DNA of 64,000 nucleotides from an uncultured delta proteobacterium (GTDB lineage: Bacteria > Desulfobacterota > Syntrophobacteria > BM002), in assembly GCA_963712115.1 (NCBI GenBank), contig CAVQGX010000022.1, positions 63,153 through 127,152 on the forward strand, read 5' to 3'. A program made the translations under genes and the position numbers. Below the pieces are notes generated by a model. The model was not told where the DNA came from and did not search any database. It saw only the letters and a program-made list of their open reading frames with translations. Positions 21,601 to 31,406 of this stretch are shown here, one piece after another. Positions within the stretch are counted from its first letter, which is position 1. Every line of letters starts with the position of its first letter.

Positions 21601-21739
21601 TATCTAGTCTTTATTCGGAAACCCTACATTGTCATCCTGAGCACAGCGAAGGATCTCGAGATTCTTCGTCGTCCCGCCACGGCGGGACTCCTCAGAATGA
21701 CAATCAAAAAGAGGGGTTTCCAGATGGACACTATCTAGT
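21601..21739. mobile_element. MITE-like element with nested REP-like hairpin
   Basis: Direct repeat TATCTAGT at 21601 and 21732; imperfect terminal inverted repeats ...GGAAACCC / GGGTTTCC...; internal GTCATCCTGAG...CTCAGAATGAC palindrome. Confidence 0.65.
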
Positions 21740-22193
21740 AACCGGATTTCTTTGCTGTCATGCTTTCGATTTCAACCTTTATAACTAAAGTATTATTGAT
21801 TGCGGCCTCAGAATAATCGTAGGTTCCGCCGGAATAGTGTTCCATAATTGCATTTAAGCCCGCTTTTTTCTCTTGGATGTCCTCAACAATCGAGGCTTTG
21901 CCAAATCCTATGACGCTCCGGTATTTCATCCCCCACTTGCACCCTTCCTCGTCTGCGACAACTTCATGATCCAAGTCGAATTCGAAACACACCTTGCTAT
22001 TTTTCCTCAGTATTTCGATCTTTTTACCCTCGGGGGCGGAATGGAAATACAAGGTGCTATCCTTAAAGCCAAAGCTGAGCGGCACAATATATGGCCGGTT
22101 TTCTTCTGACAAGCCGAGCCGACAGACAAGAGATCTGCGGACGATCTGCTCAATTTCAGCAAGCTCGTCTATTGCTTTGTCTTTCCTTCTCAT
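21735..22193 (-). CDS. Pyridoxamine 5'-phosphate oxidase-like FMN-binding protein (NimA-like)
   Basis: MRRKDK, PYIVPLSFG, LYFHSAPEGKK, YRSVIGFG. Confidence 0.9.
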   Translation of the reverse strand: MRRKDKAIDELAEIEQIVRRSLVCRLGLSEENRPYIVPLSFGFKDSTLYFHSAPEGKKIEILRKNSKVCFEFDLDHEVVADEEGCKWGMKYRSVIGFGKASIVEDIQEKKAGLNAIMEHYSGGTYDYSEAAINNTLVIKVEIESMTAKKSGY

Positions 22194-22245
22194 GCCATGC
22201 TTTTTGTTCAAAGCTTTAATCCCCTTACCCGATCCCCTACACGGA

Positions 22246-23247
22246 TCAACTGGCCAAGTCCACAATTACCCTACCTTTTTGTTTGCCGGCTAAGATGCGA
22301 TCAATTTCACCATCCAACTCCTCAAGGGAACACAGGGAAGTCTGTCGATCCAGATCAGGCAGTTTCCATTCATTGGCAATTTTTTCCCAAGTCCTCTGCC
22401 GAATGCTCATTGAACAGCTCTGTGAATCAATCCCCACAAGAGAGATGCCCCTCAAGATGAAAGGGTAGACATTAATTGGTAAATCAGGCGATGCTACATT
22501 GCCGCAGCAAGTAACTGCTCCGTGCAGCTTGGTGGATCTGATGGCTGTTGATAGGATCTCACCCCCAACCGAGTCTACTACCCCGGCCCAGCGACCTTTC
22601 AAAAGGGGTTTGCCCGTGGTGTCGGTTGCCTCTGCCCTGGAGATGACTAGTTTGGCGCCAAGATCGATCAGGAACTGCTTTTCATCCATCTTGCCGGTAA
22701 CTGCAACCACTTGATATCCGCTTTGGGCCAGCATGGCCACGGCAAAACTGCCAACGCCACCAGTGGCGCCGGTAACTAATATCTCTCCTCGATCAGGGGT
22801 TATGCCATGCTCCTGCAGTTTAAGCAGGCAGAAACCGGCAGTAAGACCGGCTGAACCATAGGCCATGCTTGCCTTTAGTGACAGGTTCTCGGGAAGTGGC
22901 ACCACCCAGGCAGCCGGCACTCTGATGTATTGTCCGAAGCCCCCGGGAGTGTTCATGCCAAGATCGTAGCTGGTGACAATCACTTCATCCCCAGGGTGAA
23001 ATGCATCACTAAGGCTCTCTTCTACGACACCTGCGGCATCTACTCCCGGGGTGTGAGGATAATTCTTGGTCACTCCCCTGTGACCAGTGGCTGAAAGTCC
23101 ATCCTTGTAATTTAAGGATGAATAGTGAACCTTGACCAATACCTCACCTTCAGGCAAGTCATCCAGAGATCTATGGGTTACCTTCCTGAGAAATTTTCCT
23201 TTCTCTGCTTCCTCCACTAACATTGCTCTAAAGGTCTTGACAGCCAT
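22246..23247 (-). CDS. YhdH/YhfP (AcuI-like) quinone oxidoreductase, MDR family
   Basis: YSSLNYKD, VTGATGGVGS, PFILRGISLVGIDS. Confidence 0.92.
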   Translation of the reverse strand: MAVKTFRAMLVEEAEKGKFLRKVTHRSLDDLPEGEVLVKVHYSSLNYKDGLSATGHRGVTKNYPHTPGVDAAGVVEESLSDAFHPGDEVIVTSYDLGMNTPGGFGQYIRVPAAWVVPLPENLSLKASMAYGSAGLTAGFCLLKLQEHGITPDRGEILVTGATGGVGSFAVAMLAQSGYQVVAVTGKMDEKQFLIDLGAKLVISRAEATDTTGKPLLKGRWAGVVDSVGGEILSTAIRSTKLHGAVTCCGNVASPDLPINVYPFILRGISLVGIDSQSCSMSIRQRTWEKIANEWKLPDLDRQTSLCSLEELDGEIDRILAGKQKGRVIVDLAS

Positions 23248-23501
23248 AATTTCTACCTATCTCAGAAAATAATGAACAGATAATTTGTCTAAAAATACCT
23301 TTGTTTCCAGATCAGTAGTTTTTCCCTGAGGCTGGCCCTCATGGGTGGAGCTTATTCTTGCAAAACCATACAGTCAAGAAATAGTTTCTCAGGCTTTAAC
23401 TGCAGAGCAGATTATTGCAACCAGGTGAAAAAACTGGCATCATGACAAATGGTCGTGAGTCAGAACCGAAGATAACTCATCCTCCAGCCAGCAAACTGAT
23501 C

Positions 23502-24404
23502 ATGGATAATACTCTAAAGGAAGTAATATTCGGACCCATGCGGTTACCCTTTCTCATTTTGACTCCCGCCTGTGTTATGTTGGGTGCGGCTACGGCTGAC
23601 TGGTCTGGAAGCCCCCTGAACTTCTATTACCTAGCTTTGGCATTAATCGGAGCGGTTGGCGCACACATAGGCGTGAACGCCCTTAATGAATATCACGATT
23701 TCGAAAGCGGTCTGGACTTCAACACTGCACCAACTCCCTTTAGTGGTGGCAGCGGCACCCTTCCAAAAAACCCCAATAAGTCTCACGTGGCATTAATTAC
23801 GGGAATCGTCAGTATGGCTGTTACGGTTTTAGTAGGTATATATTTCCTCCGTGTTAGAGGCTTGTTGCTTCTGCCTGTTGGATTGTTAGGTCTTGTAACT
23901 ATTGTCACCTATACAAAGTGGATTACAAGAAACGCTTTTCTATGTTTAATTGCCCCAGGACTAGGTTTCGGTCCATTTATGGTGATGGGAACCGACTTCG
24001 TTCTAACAGGCACCTATTCCTGGACATCCTTTATTGCTTCCCTAGTTCCCTTCTTTCTAGTTAGTGACTTATTACTGCTCAACCAGTTTCCGGATATCGA
24101 AGCTGACAGAGGAGTGGGCAGACACCATTTTCCCATCGCCATAGGCAGAAAGGCCAGTGTGAGCCTTTACGCAGCATTCCTGGGATGCGCTTATGCCACA
24201 GTAATTATAGGGTATGCTGCCGGGAAGTTGCCCTCGGAGGGTTTTTTGGCCTTCGGCTCAACTATCTTCGCCATTCCCACGGTAAGAGGTGTTGCCAGGT
24301 TCGCAAATGATGTGCCTGAATTGATTCCCTATATGGGCCGGAATGTAGTAGTGATAATTTTGACGCCAGTGTTGCTGGCCATGGGTCTATTTATTGGACA
24401 TTGA
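23502..24404 (+). CDS. UbiA-family prenyltransferase (MenA-like)
   Basis: NEYHDFESGLD and NQFPDIEAD Asp-rich motifs, multiple TM helices; start uncertain. Confidence 0.85.
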   Translation: MDNTLKEVIFGPMRLPFLILTPACVMLGAATADWSGSPLNFYYLALALIGAVGAHIGVNALNEYHDFESGLDFNTAPTPFSGGSGTLPKNPNKSHVALITGIVSMAVTVLVGIYFLRVRGLLLLPVGLLGLVTIVTYTKWITRNAFLCLIAPGLGFGPFMVMGTDFVLTGTYSWTSFIASLVPFFLVSDLLLLNQFPDIEADRGVGRHHFPIAIGRKASVSLYAAFLGCAYATVIIGYAAGKLPSEGFLAFGSTIFAIPTVRGVARFANDVPELIPYMGRNVVVIILTPVLLAMGLFIGH

Positions 24405-24409
24405 GCATG

Positions 24410-25267
24410 TCATTTTTCTGGCGGGGTCAGCTCAATTTCAAATAGAATGGGCCACAGTTTGCCAGTTACGAAAAGCCGATCATTCCTCTGGTCGTAGGCA
24501 ATGCCGTTAAGCACATCTACAGGGTGAACAAGGTCCTCGGGCCTCAAGAGACCCCTCAGGTCTATCCAGCCCACAACTTCCCCCGTATCAGGAGAAATCT
24601 GCGCAATTTTGTCTGTTTGCCAAACATTTGCAAAGATCAGTCCTTGAACATATTCCAATTCATTGAGATTAGACACGGGACCCTTCCGGTCATGGACTTT
24701 AATCAGGCCCATTTCTTTGTAGGTTTTGGGATGTAAGCAGTACAAAGTCGATGTACCATCACTCATAATTAGATGCTCACCGTCATGGGTGATGCCCCAA
24801 CCTTCTGTGGGATAGTGAAATGTTTCAATTAACTGGAAGGTGTCTTTGTCGTAAACAAATCCAAGATTGGCTCTCCAGGTCAACTGGATCACCTTGTTGT
24901 GATAAACGGTTACGCCCTCCCCGAAAAAGTGTGCTGGCAGGTTCCTGAACTGCAAAATACTGCCTGTGGCCAGATCAACTTTGCGCAAGCTGGACCGACC
25001 GCGAAGACCTGTTCCTTCAAATAAAAAACCATCCACAAAAACCAGTCCTTGGGTGAAGCCTTTAGGATCGTGCGGATAACGGTTAACGATCCTGTAGCCA
25101 TGAGTGGGAGTCTGATCGACTGTCTTTTGCTCCAGGCGAATCTGTGAAGTTAGATTCTTTCGGCTGTTTTTCTCATTCCATTCCGGTGAAGCTGGGGAAA
25201 GTGGCATTAACCCTCCTAAGAGGAGAAGGATAAAAAAGGCACAAATGGCGATTAGAAAGCGATTCAT
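24410..25267 (-). CDS. Glutaminyl-peptide cyclotransferase (plant/bacterial type), exported
   Basis: PHD..FTQGL, FGEG, EGWG, SDG, LNELE, VLNGIAYD, TGKLWP; signal-like N-terminus. Confidence 0.92.
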   Translation of the reverse strand: MNRFLIAICAFFILLLLGGLMPLSPASPEWNEKNSRKNLTSQIRLEQKTVDQTPTHGYRIVNRYPHDPKGFTQGLVFVDGFLFEGTGLRGRSSLRKVDLATGSILQFRNLPAHFFGEGVTVYHNKVIQLTWRANLGFVYDKDTFQLIETFHYPTEGWGITHDGEHLIMSDGTSTLYCLHPKTYKEMGLIKVHDRKGPVSNLNELEYVQGLIFANVWQTDKIAQISPDTGEVVGWIDLRGLLRPEDLVHPVDVLNGIAYDQRNDRLFVTGKLWPILFEIELTPPEK

Positions 25268-25336
25268 TAGGTTCCCGGAAACCTGGTCCTTCCCCATAAA
25301 GCGGGATCTTCGATGGGCAAGGTCAGAGTTCACTGA

Positions 25337-25400
25337 GGTTTCAGTGTTCAGGTTTCAGCTTTTGTGTTATTCCTCCCTGACACCAGACACCTAAGACCCA
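25337..25400. repeat. Mirror 7-nt repeats (GGTTTCA/GTGTTCA ... CCTGACA/CCAGACA)
   Basis: Periodic heptamers visible in intergenic DNA. Confidence 0.55.
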
Positions 25401-25427
25401 GAGAATTAGTGCTTGTGTTTTGGGATT

Positions 25428-25763
25428 TCATAGCCCGGTCTGTTTAAAACGATACACATAAATGGGATCGTTGTGCAAGGAATTACCTGGGCGTAAAACC
25501 CGCTCAGGACTGAAACCGGGTAAGTGGAAGTTGCATGAGACCACCAAAGCTCCGGGTTTGAGGTCTGCTTTCAGTTTAGCTGGGAGGTCTCTCATTACAT
25601 CCGGAAAAAGGTAGCAAAACACAAGATCAGCGTCTGATAGATCTACAGTCCAGAAACTGCGCCACTTGATCTGAATGTTTTTGCGGCCAAAGCAAAGAAG
25701 TTTGGCTTTGACATAGGCTATTAAATTTAATTCGTATCCTACTGCTCTAACCCCATTTGACAA
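25428..25763 (-). pseudogene. C-terminal fragment of a class I SAM methyltransferase
   Basis: GYELN, ADLVFCYLFP, LKPGALVVS present but motif I (DLGxGxG) and the N-terminus are missing. Confidence 0.65.
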
Positions 25764-25775
25764 TAGGAATAGTGG

Positions 25776-26846
25776 TCAAGGTATCCGGCTCTTCCAATTT
25801 TGTTTGCGGGCGTAGAATTGGTAGAGTGCAACAGACCTGGGATCCAGGTTAGTCAAGCCCTCAACTACAGCCCAATCCATTGCTTCCAAGTATTCTTCAG
25901 CGGTAATGGCGCGCCAGATCTCTGGATGCTCATAGGCTTTATATTCCACCCTGTACTGATGCATTATGTTGACATAGGTAGATTTTGGTAAAGCCTTGCC
26001 TACCCACTTCACAAACTTATCTGTTCCTGCCACTCGGTTGGGCATTACTAAGTGACGTATCATGAGTCCGCGAAGGGCGATCCCGCGCTGGTCAACCAGG
26101 TGCTGTTTAACCTGACGGTTCATTTCGATAATAGCTTCTTTAGCTACTTCCGGGTAGTCAGATGCCCCGGCTGAATATTTTGCCGCTTTCTCACCGTCCA
26201 TATATTTCAGGTCCGGCAGATAGATGTCCACAATACCGTCAAGGATTTTCAATATCTCCACCCGTTCGTAGCCACTTGTGTTGTAGACCAAAGGGATGCG
26301 GAGACCTTTTTTGTAAGCAATTCTCGTAGCATTGATAATGTTAGGCATTACGTGAGTGGGGGTGACCAGGTTAATGTTATGGCAGCCGAGCTTCTGCAGA
26401 TAGAGCATCATCTTCGCCAGGTCTTCGTCCTCTAATTCGCTACCCTGTCCCTCATGGGCGATGGGCCAGTTCTGACAGAACACACAGCGGAGGTTGCAGT
26501 TGGAGAAAAAAATAGTGCCGGAACCGCGTTCGCCAACCAAAGAAATCTCTTCGCCGAAGTGAGGCTGGGCAATGTAAACTACAACTTTCGCAGGGGCCCG
26601 ACAAAAGCCGCGCTCGCCTTCCAGTCTATTTGCCCCACACTTACGAGGACAGAGCTCGCACTCCTTGAAGAGTGAATAGGCCTGATCGATCCTCGGAGCC
26701 AATTGGCCTTCGCTTTCTAATTTGGCGTAGGCTGGATGGTAGCCTTGTTTTTCTCGGGACGAGGCAGAGAGAATGGTTCGGGGCAGGAAAAGCGAGCCGC
26801 CGAGCACTAGAGAGGTTTTAATGAATTCCCGGCGCGTGATCTTCAT
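25776..26846 (-). CDS. PflX-like radical SAM protein with twin-arginine leader
   Basis: CELCPRKC, GSGTIFFSNCNLRCVFCQN, VTPTH, DIYLPDLKY, RHLVMP; N-terminus TRREFIK plus hydrophobic stretch. Confidence 0.9.
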   Translation of the reverse strand: MKITRREFIKTSLVLGGSLFLPRTILSASSREKQGYHPAYAKLESEGQLAPRIDQAYSLFKECELCPRKCGANRLEGERGFCRAPAKVVVYIAQPHFGEEISLVGERGSGTIFFSNCNLRCVFCQNWPIAHEGQGSELEDEDLAKMMLYLQKLGCHNINLVTPTHVMPNIINATRIAYKKGLRIPLVYNTSGYERVEILKILDGIVDIYLPDLKYMDGEKAAKYSAGASDYPEVAKEAIIEMNRQVKQHLVDQRGIALRGLMIRHLVMPNRVAGTDKFVKWVGKALPKSTYVNIMHQYRVEYKAYEHPEIWRAITAEEYLEAMDWAVVEGLTNLDPRSVALYQFYARKQNWKSRIP

Positions 26847-26948
26847 AAACAAAACTCTACCATCTTAGAATCATAACCGGAAGAGTTTTAACCCGGATGT
26901 TTGATGAATGGCCGTCGCGGGGTTGTAGGTAAAAAGAGTGAGCTGTTT

Positions 26949-27126
26949 TGGAGTACTGCAGTGAGTAAAAATTCCAAATAACAAATGACAAATTCCAAAC
27001 AAATCACAATGACCAAAATTCAAAATTCGAAACTTGTTTCGGTCATTTGGTATTGTAATTTGAGATTTGTTTGTAATTTGGTGCTTGGAGTTTGGGATTT
27101 CATTACGCCATCATTCCAGTACTCCA
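26949..27126. repeat. Nested palindromic element
   Basis: Inner long imperfect palindrome 26967-27100 inside outer TGGAGTACTG...CAGTACTCCA arms. Confidence 0.7.
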
Positions 27127-27199
27127 GCATACAGCCGCCCTAGAAAAATACCATTGAAAACGGCTCTGAGGGTGGCTGAGTCCTTCGGGTCTGGAGTGT

Positions 27200-27430
27200 T
27201 TACTCTTCCCTTTGGTCCTGTTTTGAAATCTTTCGAGCTTTCTCGACCTCACCGGCGAGATCAATTGTTCCGCAGTCCAAACACATGCTTGCAACCACGG
27301 GTACGTATCCCGGGTACATGGTAAGAAAACGCGGATCTTCAAAGTGAAAGTGTATCCGACCTGTAGATTGAACCCGTCCAGACTCTAACTTGGAACCTCC
27401 ACAACGGGAACAAGTATTCTCATCAGCCAT
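27200..27430 (-). CDS. Small zinc-ribbon protein
   Basis: CSRCGG...CLDCG pattern. Confidence 0.7.
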   Translation of the reverse strand: MADENTCSRCGGSKLESGRVQSTGRIHFHFEDPRFLTMYPGYVPVVASMCLDCGTIDLAGEVEKARKISKQDQREE

Positions 27431-27606
27431 AGTCCAACCCCTTTCTGTTAGCCCGGGTATTTAATGATGCAATTCATGAATGTCCGGGCTAGATAATTTT
27501 ACTAATTGCTGCTTAACATCCTCACACATGAGATCCATGCAAAATTCATCCCAAAGCGAGAGGGGGGGTGGGGGGTGGTGGATAGATTTTTTCACTGAGG
27601 TTGAGA

Positions 27607-28329
27607 TCATTGTTCCAACAACCAGACCCACTGTGCAGAGCTCCTGTGAATGAGATCGGGCCATATTTCCGAAGCGGACTTATCGAAGACAGTCTCTGCA
27701 TCCGCCCTTAGCACATGCCAACCGCCGGTGGCAATCTCATTATCCAATTGTCCAGGGGCCCAACCGGCATAACCGGCGTAAACCCGAAATCTCTCTTCGC
27801 CCTCAGGATTCTTGATCATCCGCTGGATCACCGCCTGAGATGAGCTGAGGTGTATGTCCTTAAATACAAGGCGAGACCCTTCAGGGGGACTGGAGGTTCT
27901 TATGATAAGCAGTAACTGATTCTTGGCCACTGGCCCTCCGAGGTAAATAGTATCTGGTCGCTGCCGCAACACCTCTATTTCCGGTAGTACTGCCGAGAGC
28001 TTTAGCTCAGAAGGTCGATTGATTATTACCCCCATGGCGCCGTGTTGATTGTATTCAATCAAGAGGACTACAGTTTCAGCGAACTGTGGGTCCAAAAGTT
28101 GTCTACTAGCTATAAGAAATCTCCCCTTTGACGGCTTGACCATAGGCCGAGACTGATTAGAAAGGTCGAAAATAATGGGGATCTGGAAAGGCAGAAACTG
28201 CGATCCAGCTCGCCCAAGAGAAGGCAAACCCATCCCGGCAGCGATCAAAAGGAAAACAGTGGCAAGTGAAATGGTAGCAAGTTGTGTTAGGATTTTACCG
28301 CTCTTATCAAAGGCAAGGTTTCTTCTCAC
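27607..28329 (-). CDS. YqgE/AlgH family protein
   Basis: FLIA..LLDPQF, GVIINRP, LGGPV, GYAGWAPGQLDNEI. Confidence 0.92.
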   Translation of the reverse strand: MRRNLAFDKSGKILTQLATISLATVFLLIAAGMGLPSLGRAGSQFLPFQIPIIFDLSNQSRPMVKPSKGRFLIASRQLLDPQFAETVVLLIEYNQHGAMGVIINRPSELKLSAVLPEIEVLRQRPDTIYLGGPVAKNQLLLIIRTSSPPEGSRLVFKDIHLSSSQAVIQRMIKNPEGEERFRVYAGYAGWAPGQLDNEIATGGWHVLRADAETVFDKSASEIWPDLIHRSSAQWVWLLEQ

Positions 28330-28384
28330 AAGTTCCCCTAGATCGTTTGGCTGATTATAGGTAAAGCGGTGGCGTGCAACCCTA

Positions 28385-28804
28385 CTAATTGTCAGGTACT
28401 GGGGGTGGAGTGCTGCCTGATTTACCAGGGTCCCTTTCAGCTGTGATGGGACCTTTTATATCAAATGATTTTGCGTAGGCCTTGATAACATCAAACACTT
28501 GAATGGGGCCATAGAGGTTGAAAAGAGAATATATTACTGCAGGAAGAATAGATTCTTCGCCGGTACTGAAAACCGAACTGAACAAGTCTATCATTTCTGC
28601 TCCAGTAAATGGACGCTCGTTAGTAATAAGCCCGGCGGCGGCCTTATCCATATAAAAGCACATGAAAATTACTTCTTCGCCGAGATTCTTTCTAAAGGAC
28701 CTCATAATATCCTGACGGATTCTTACTTTTGTATCTTCCACAATTACCTCCCTAAAATCTGCTTTGAGAGCCTGCTGCTCACTTGTAATTAATAATTTTA
28801 ACAC
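28385..28804 (-). CDS. Hypothetical protein
   Basis: 139-aa ORF co-oriented with neighbours; no recognised motif. Confidence 0.5.
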   Translation of the reverse strand: MLKLLITSEQQALKADFREVIVEDTKVRIRQDIMRSFRKNLGEEVIFMCFYMDKAAAGLITNERPFTGAEMIDLFSSVFSTGEESILPAVIYSLFNLYGPIQVFDVIKAYAKSFDIKGPITAERDPGKSGSTPPPVPDN

Positions 28805-28913
28805 AGCAGTCTTATCCGGTCACAGTACCCACCAGTTCACCCCATATTATTCTGGCAAGTAATCTTCCCGACGACTCCTTTTGCCCGGGGGCAATTCCCT
28901 TAAATGAAGCATC

Positions 28914-29429
28914 TTATTGGGCACTCTCTGACTTTTCCCAAGGTCTTAATCGCGGTATCCATCGGGGAACGCGGGCTTTATATTTTAAGTACTCGTCTCC
29001 GAACCTTCTTTCGAGGCCTTTTTCCTCAACAAGGGGAAAATAAATTGCATTACCAACAAAAAAAATAATCATCCATGCGGCTATTGGCCAGGAATGAAAC
29101 AATAATGCCTCAGCCAAGAGCAGAAGTAGTGCTCCGGTTATCATGGGATTTCTGCTGTAACGATATGGTCCAATAATAACCAGCTTTCTCGGGGGGTCCC
29201 AGGGAGCGGGAGTGCCGTCACCACACTTGGTGAAGAGATTTAAAGTCCAGACACACAAGGCAAACCCAATACTGGCTGCCAACAGAGCCAACCAAAATGA
29301 AATTTGACTGGGAGTTATTAACTTGGGAGGAAACCTCGAGTCTTTGGTAAGGAGCAGGATGATAGCGGGGATAAAAACGAGTACTGTGCCAGGCAACACG
29401 ATAATAGTTCTCAGAAGTCCCCAGTTCAT
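28914..29429 (-). CDS. Isoprenylcysteine carboxyl methyltransferase/PEMT-family membrane protein
   Basis: GTPAPWDPP, GPYRYSRNPM, EE..L..RFG..Y..Y...VPRW. Confidence 0.9.
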   Translation of the reverse strand: MNWGLLRTIIVLPGTVLVFIPAIILLLTKDSRFPPKLITPSQISFWLALLAASIGFALCVWTLNLFTKCGDGTPAPWDPPRKLVIIGPYRYSRNPMITGALLLLLAEALLFHSWPIAAWMIIFFVGNAIYFPLVEEKGLERRFGDEYLKYKARVPRWIPRLRPWEKSESAQ

Positions 29430-29570
29430 ATTTGGACTCCTTGTCTAGTTAGAGCTGTCTTGACTAAGCCCTGTGAAGATGGGTCTGTCTCAGCGCCCCA
29501 AATTACACCCATTGATATTTCCGAGCATAGATCTCGGTGGTGCTTTTTTGTCGAATAACAAATTGATCAG

Positions 29571-29945
29571 CTATTTTTTATCCTTTAGCAAGGACGAGAG
29601 ATCAGCGAAGGGTTTGTACTTAGGGGGTGTTTTTTCCTCAGCGGACGGAGTCTCGTCCTCATACCATTCCTGATCCAGATAGCGCGAGTGCTCATTGTCG
29701 TGACAGTAAAGACAGAGAAGCTCCCAGTTGCTTCCGTCAGGTGGGTTGTTATCGTGGTTGTGATCCTTATGGTGGACGGTGAGCTCACGAAGTTTCCTGC
29801 CAGAGAATTCACGCCCGCATCGGGCACAGATCCACGGGAAAATCTTCAGCGCTTGCTCCCGATAACCCTGCTCCCGCTTGCGCCGGGCCTCAGCGATGAT
29901 CCGATCTAACCTGTCTTTTTCTGATTGCTTCTTCTTCGATTCCAT
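29571..29945 (-). CDS. yajD: YajD-family HNH nuclease
   Basis: YREQALKIFPWICARCGREF, LTVHHKDHNHDNNPPDGSNWELLCLYCHDNEH. Confidence 0.9.
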   Translation of the reverse strand: MESKKKQSEKDRLDRIIAEARRKREQGYREQALKIFPWICARCGREFSGRKLRELTVHHKDHNHDNNPPDGSNWELLCLYCHDNEHSRYLDQEWYEDETPSAEEKTPPKYKPFADLSSLLKDKK

Positions 29946-30036
29946 GTGCTCACCTGTAAATTAGATTAAGCCTGCCTGCCGAGTTGAAGAGCAGTGAGTG
30001 GCTGTGCGCTAATGATCTCCCTTGTAAACAAATGGA

Positions 30037-30438
30037 TTACGCCGATGTCAAATTGAGCGAACCTCGTCGATCAACCCACAAACCTGTGACTGGAAAGATC
30101 AACCAGGGGAGAATATAGTAAACGGTTAAGTACCAGTATTCCCAAAGAAAGCTGATGCCGTAGCCAAGATGGATACCACAGTAAATCAAGTCATAGATGA
30201 AGAGCGGGACAGTAATGTAGAAAGACAACCACAAAGAGACCGCGAGACCTCTGCCCTTCCTCGCATTTTTCGCAGTCAAATAAACCACGAGCCATAGAGG
30301 TGGTAGGATAGCTGCGTCGAAGAGCACCATGAATCTGTGGGAATACTGTCTGTAGTAATCGGGCAGTCCTACAAGCCAAAAAATCAACCAGGCTAGGGTG
30401 ACAATAATCAAGAGACGCAAGTGCTTAGGCGCTGGCAT
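30037..30438 (-). CDS. Hypothetical membrane protein
   Basis: Four hydrophobic segments, GGAGG RBS. Confidence 0.75.
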   Translation of the reverse strand: MPAPKHLRLLIIVTLAWLIFWLVGLPDYYRQYSHRFMVLFDAAILPPLWLVVYLTAKNARKGRGLAVSLWLSFYITVPLFIYDLIYCGIHLGYGISFLWEYWYLTVYYILPWLIFPVTGLWVDRRGSLNLTSA

Positions 30439-30696
30439 TATTGTTTCCTCCGCGGTTAGCGGTGGGGATCGGGTGGCCTGGTTGTCCTTGGGCCTCTGTG
30501 AAGCGAACCCGAGGTCGTTGAAGTAACCAAATTCATGCTAATCATAATAATTGGTTATTCTTTATGTTACCATTCTAATATGGCAAAGGCTGCGAGGATA
30601 GAGTACATTTTCATTCGCATCAAAATTTGAGTAACTCAGACACTCTAACCTGCAAGGCTGTGTGATTAGCCCCCAGCTCGGTGAGGAGATCAAAGA

Positions 30697-31113
30697 ATGA
30701 AAAGAATTATTTCAGCGGTGTTGAAAATATCCATTGCACTAACTTTGGTTGCCGCTCTTTCCTTAAATGCAGTGGCCGGTAGCGCGCCCAGGATTACCAA
30801 AGAAGAACTCAAATCGATGCTGGGTGATGCAAAACTGGTTATTGTTGATCTTAGAAGAAGTAAGGACTGGAACTCCAGTGAATATAAAATAAAGGGTGCT
30901 GTCCGGGCCGATCCTGATCCAAGGAAGGTTGAATCCTGGGCCAGGAGCTATGGTAAAGACAAGACCTTCGTTGTTTATTGAGCCTGACCCAACGAACACA
31001 CCAGTGCCCGTGCGGTACTGAAGCTGATAGATGATGGATATCCCAAGGCCTATGCCTTAAAGGGCGGTTGGTACGAGTGGTTTCGGGCTAAATACCCAGT
31101 TGAAAAGAGGTAA
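30697..31113 (+). CDS. Secreted rhodanese-like selenoprotein with UxU motif (138 aa)
   Basis: After TFVVY, TGA (30979-81) GCC TGA (30985-87) continues in frame as PNEHTSARAV...YALKGGWYEWFRAKYPVEKR-TAA, completing the rhodanese fold; SECIS-like hairpin follows. Confidence 0.88.
31002..31020 (+). promoter_or_regulatory. SECIS-like hairpin of the UxU rhodanese
   Basis: CAGUGCC-CGUGC-GGUACUG; loop 27 and 21 nt after the two UGAs. Confidence 0.65.
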
Positions 31114-31170
31114 CCGTTTCATCCAACAGAGCACCATTGGGCAACATCTCCTCAGCGGACAACCGTTTCA

Positions 31171-31406
31171 ACTAGGCACTAAGAACTAAGCACTAGGCAC
31201 CACACAGGATTATTCAGTAACGAGTAGTTGAGAAGTACTCATTTTTGGATGCTTTTGTGTTAAATTCTGGATTATGACTCCTGGCTCCTTGCTCTATGCT
31301 CCATGCCCTATGCTTTTTCAAATGCGAAATCCGCATTCCGAAACCGGGAACCCGCCCGAAGGGTGGGAGTCCGAAGGACAAATTATCAAAGTGCATAGTG
31401 CCTAGT
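31171..31406. repeat. Nested repeat cluster (outer CTAGGCA/TAGTGCC arms, inner heptamer and REP-like units)
   Basis: Same outer units as 8944-9041; contains one arm (31333-31363) of a 31-bp inverted repeat. Confidence 0.65.

Noticed and set aside
25428-25778. Radical SAM stop TGA is in frame with the downstream methyltransferase fragment (possible read-through fusion)
   Set aside because: The radical SAM protein is already complete, the fragment lacks motif I, the position is not a Cys-type site, and in-frame adjacency has a 1-in-3 chance
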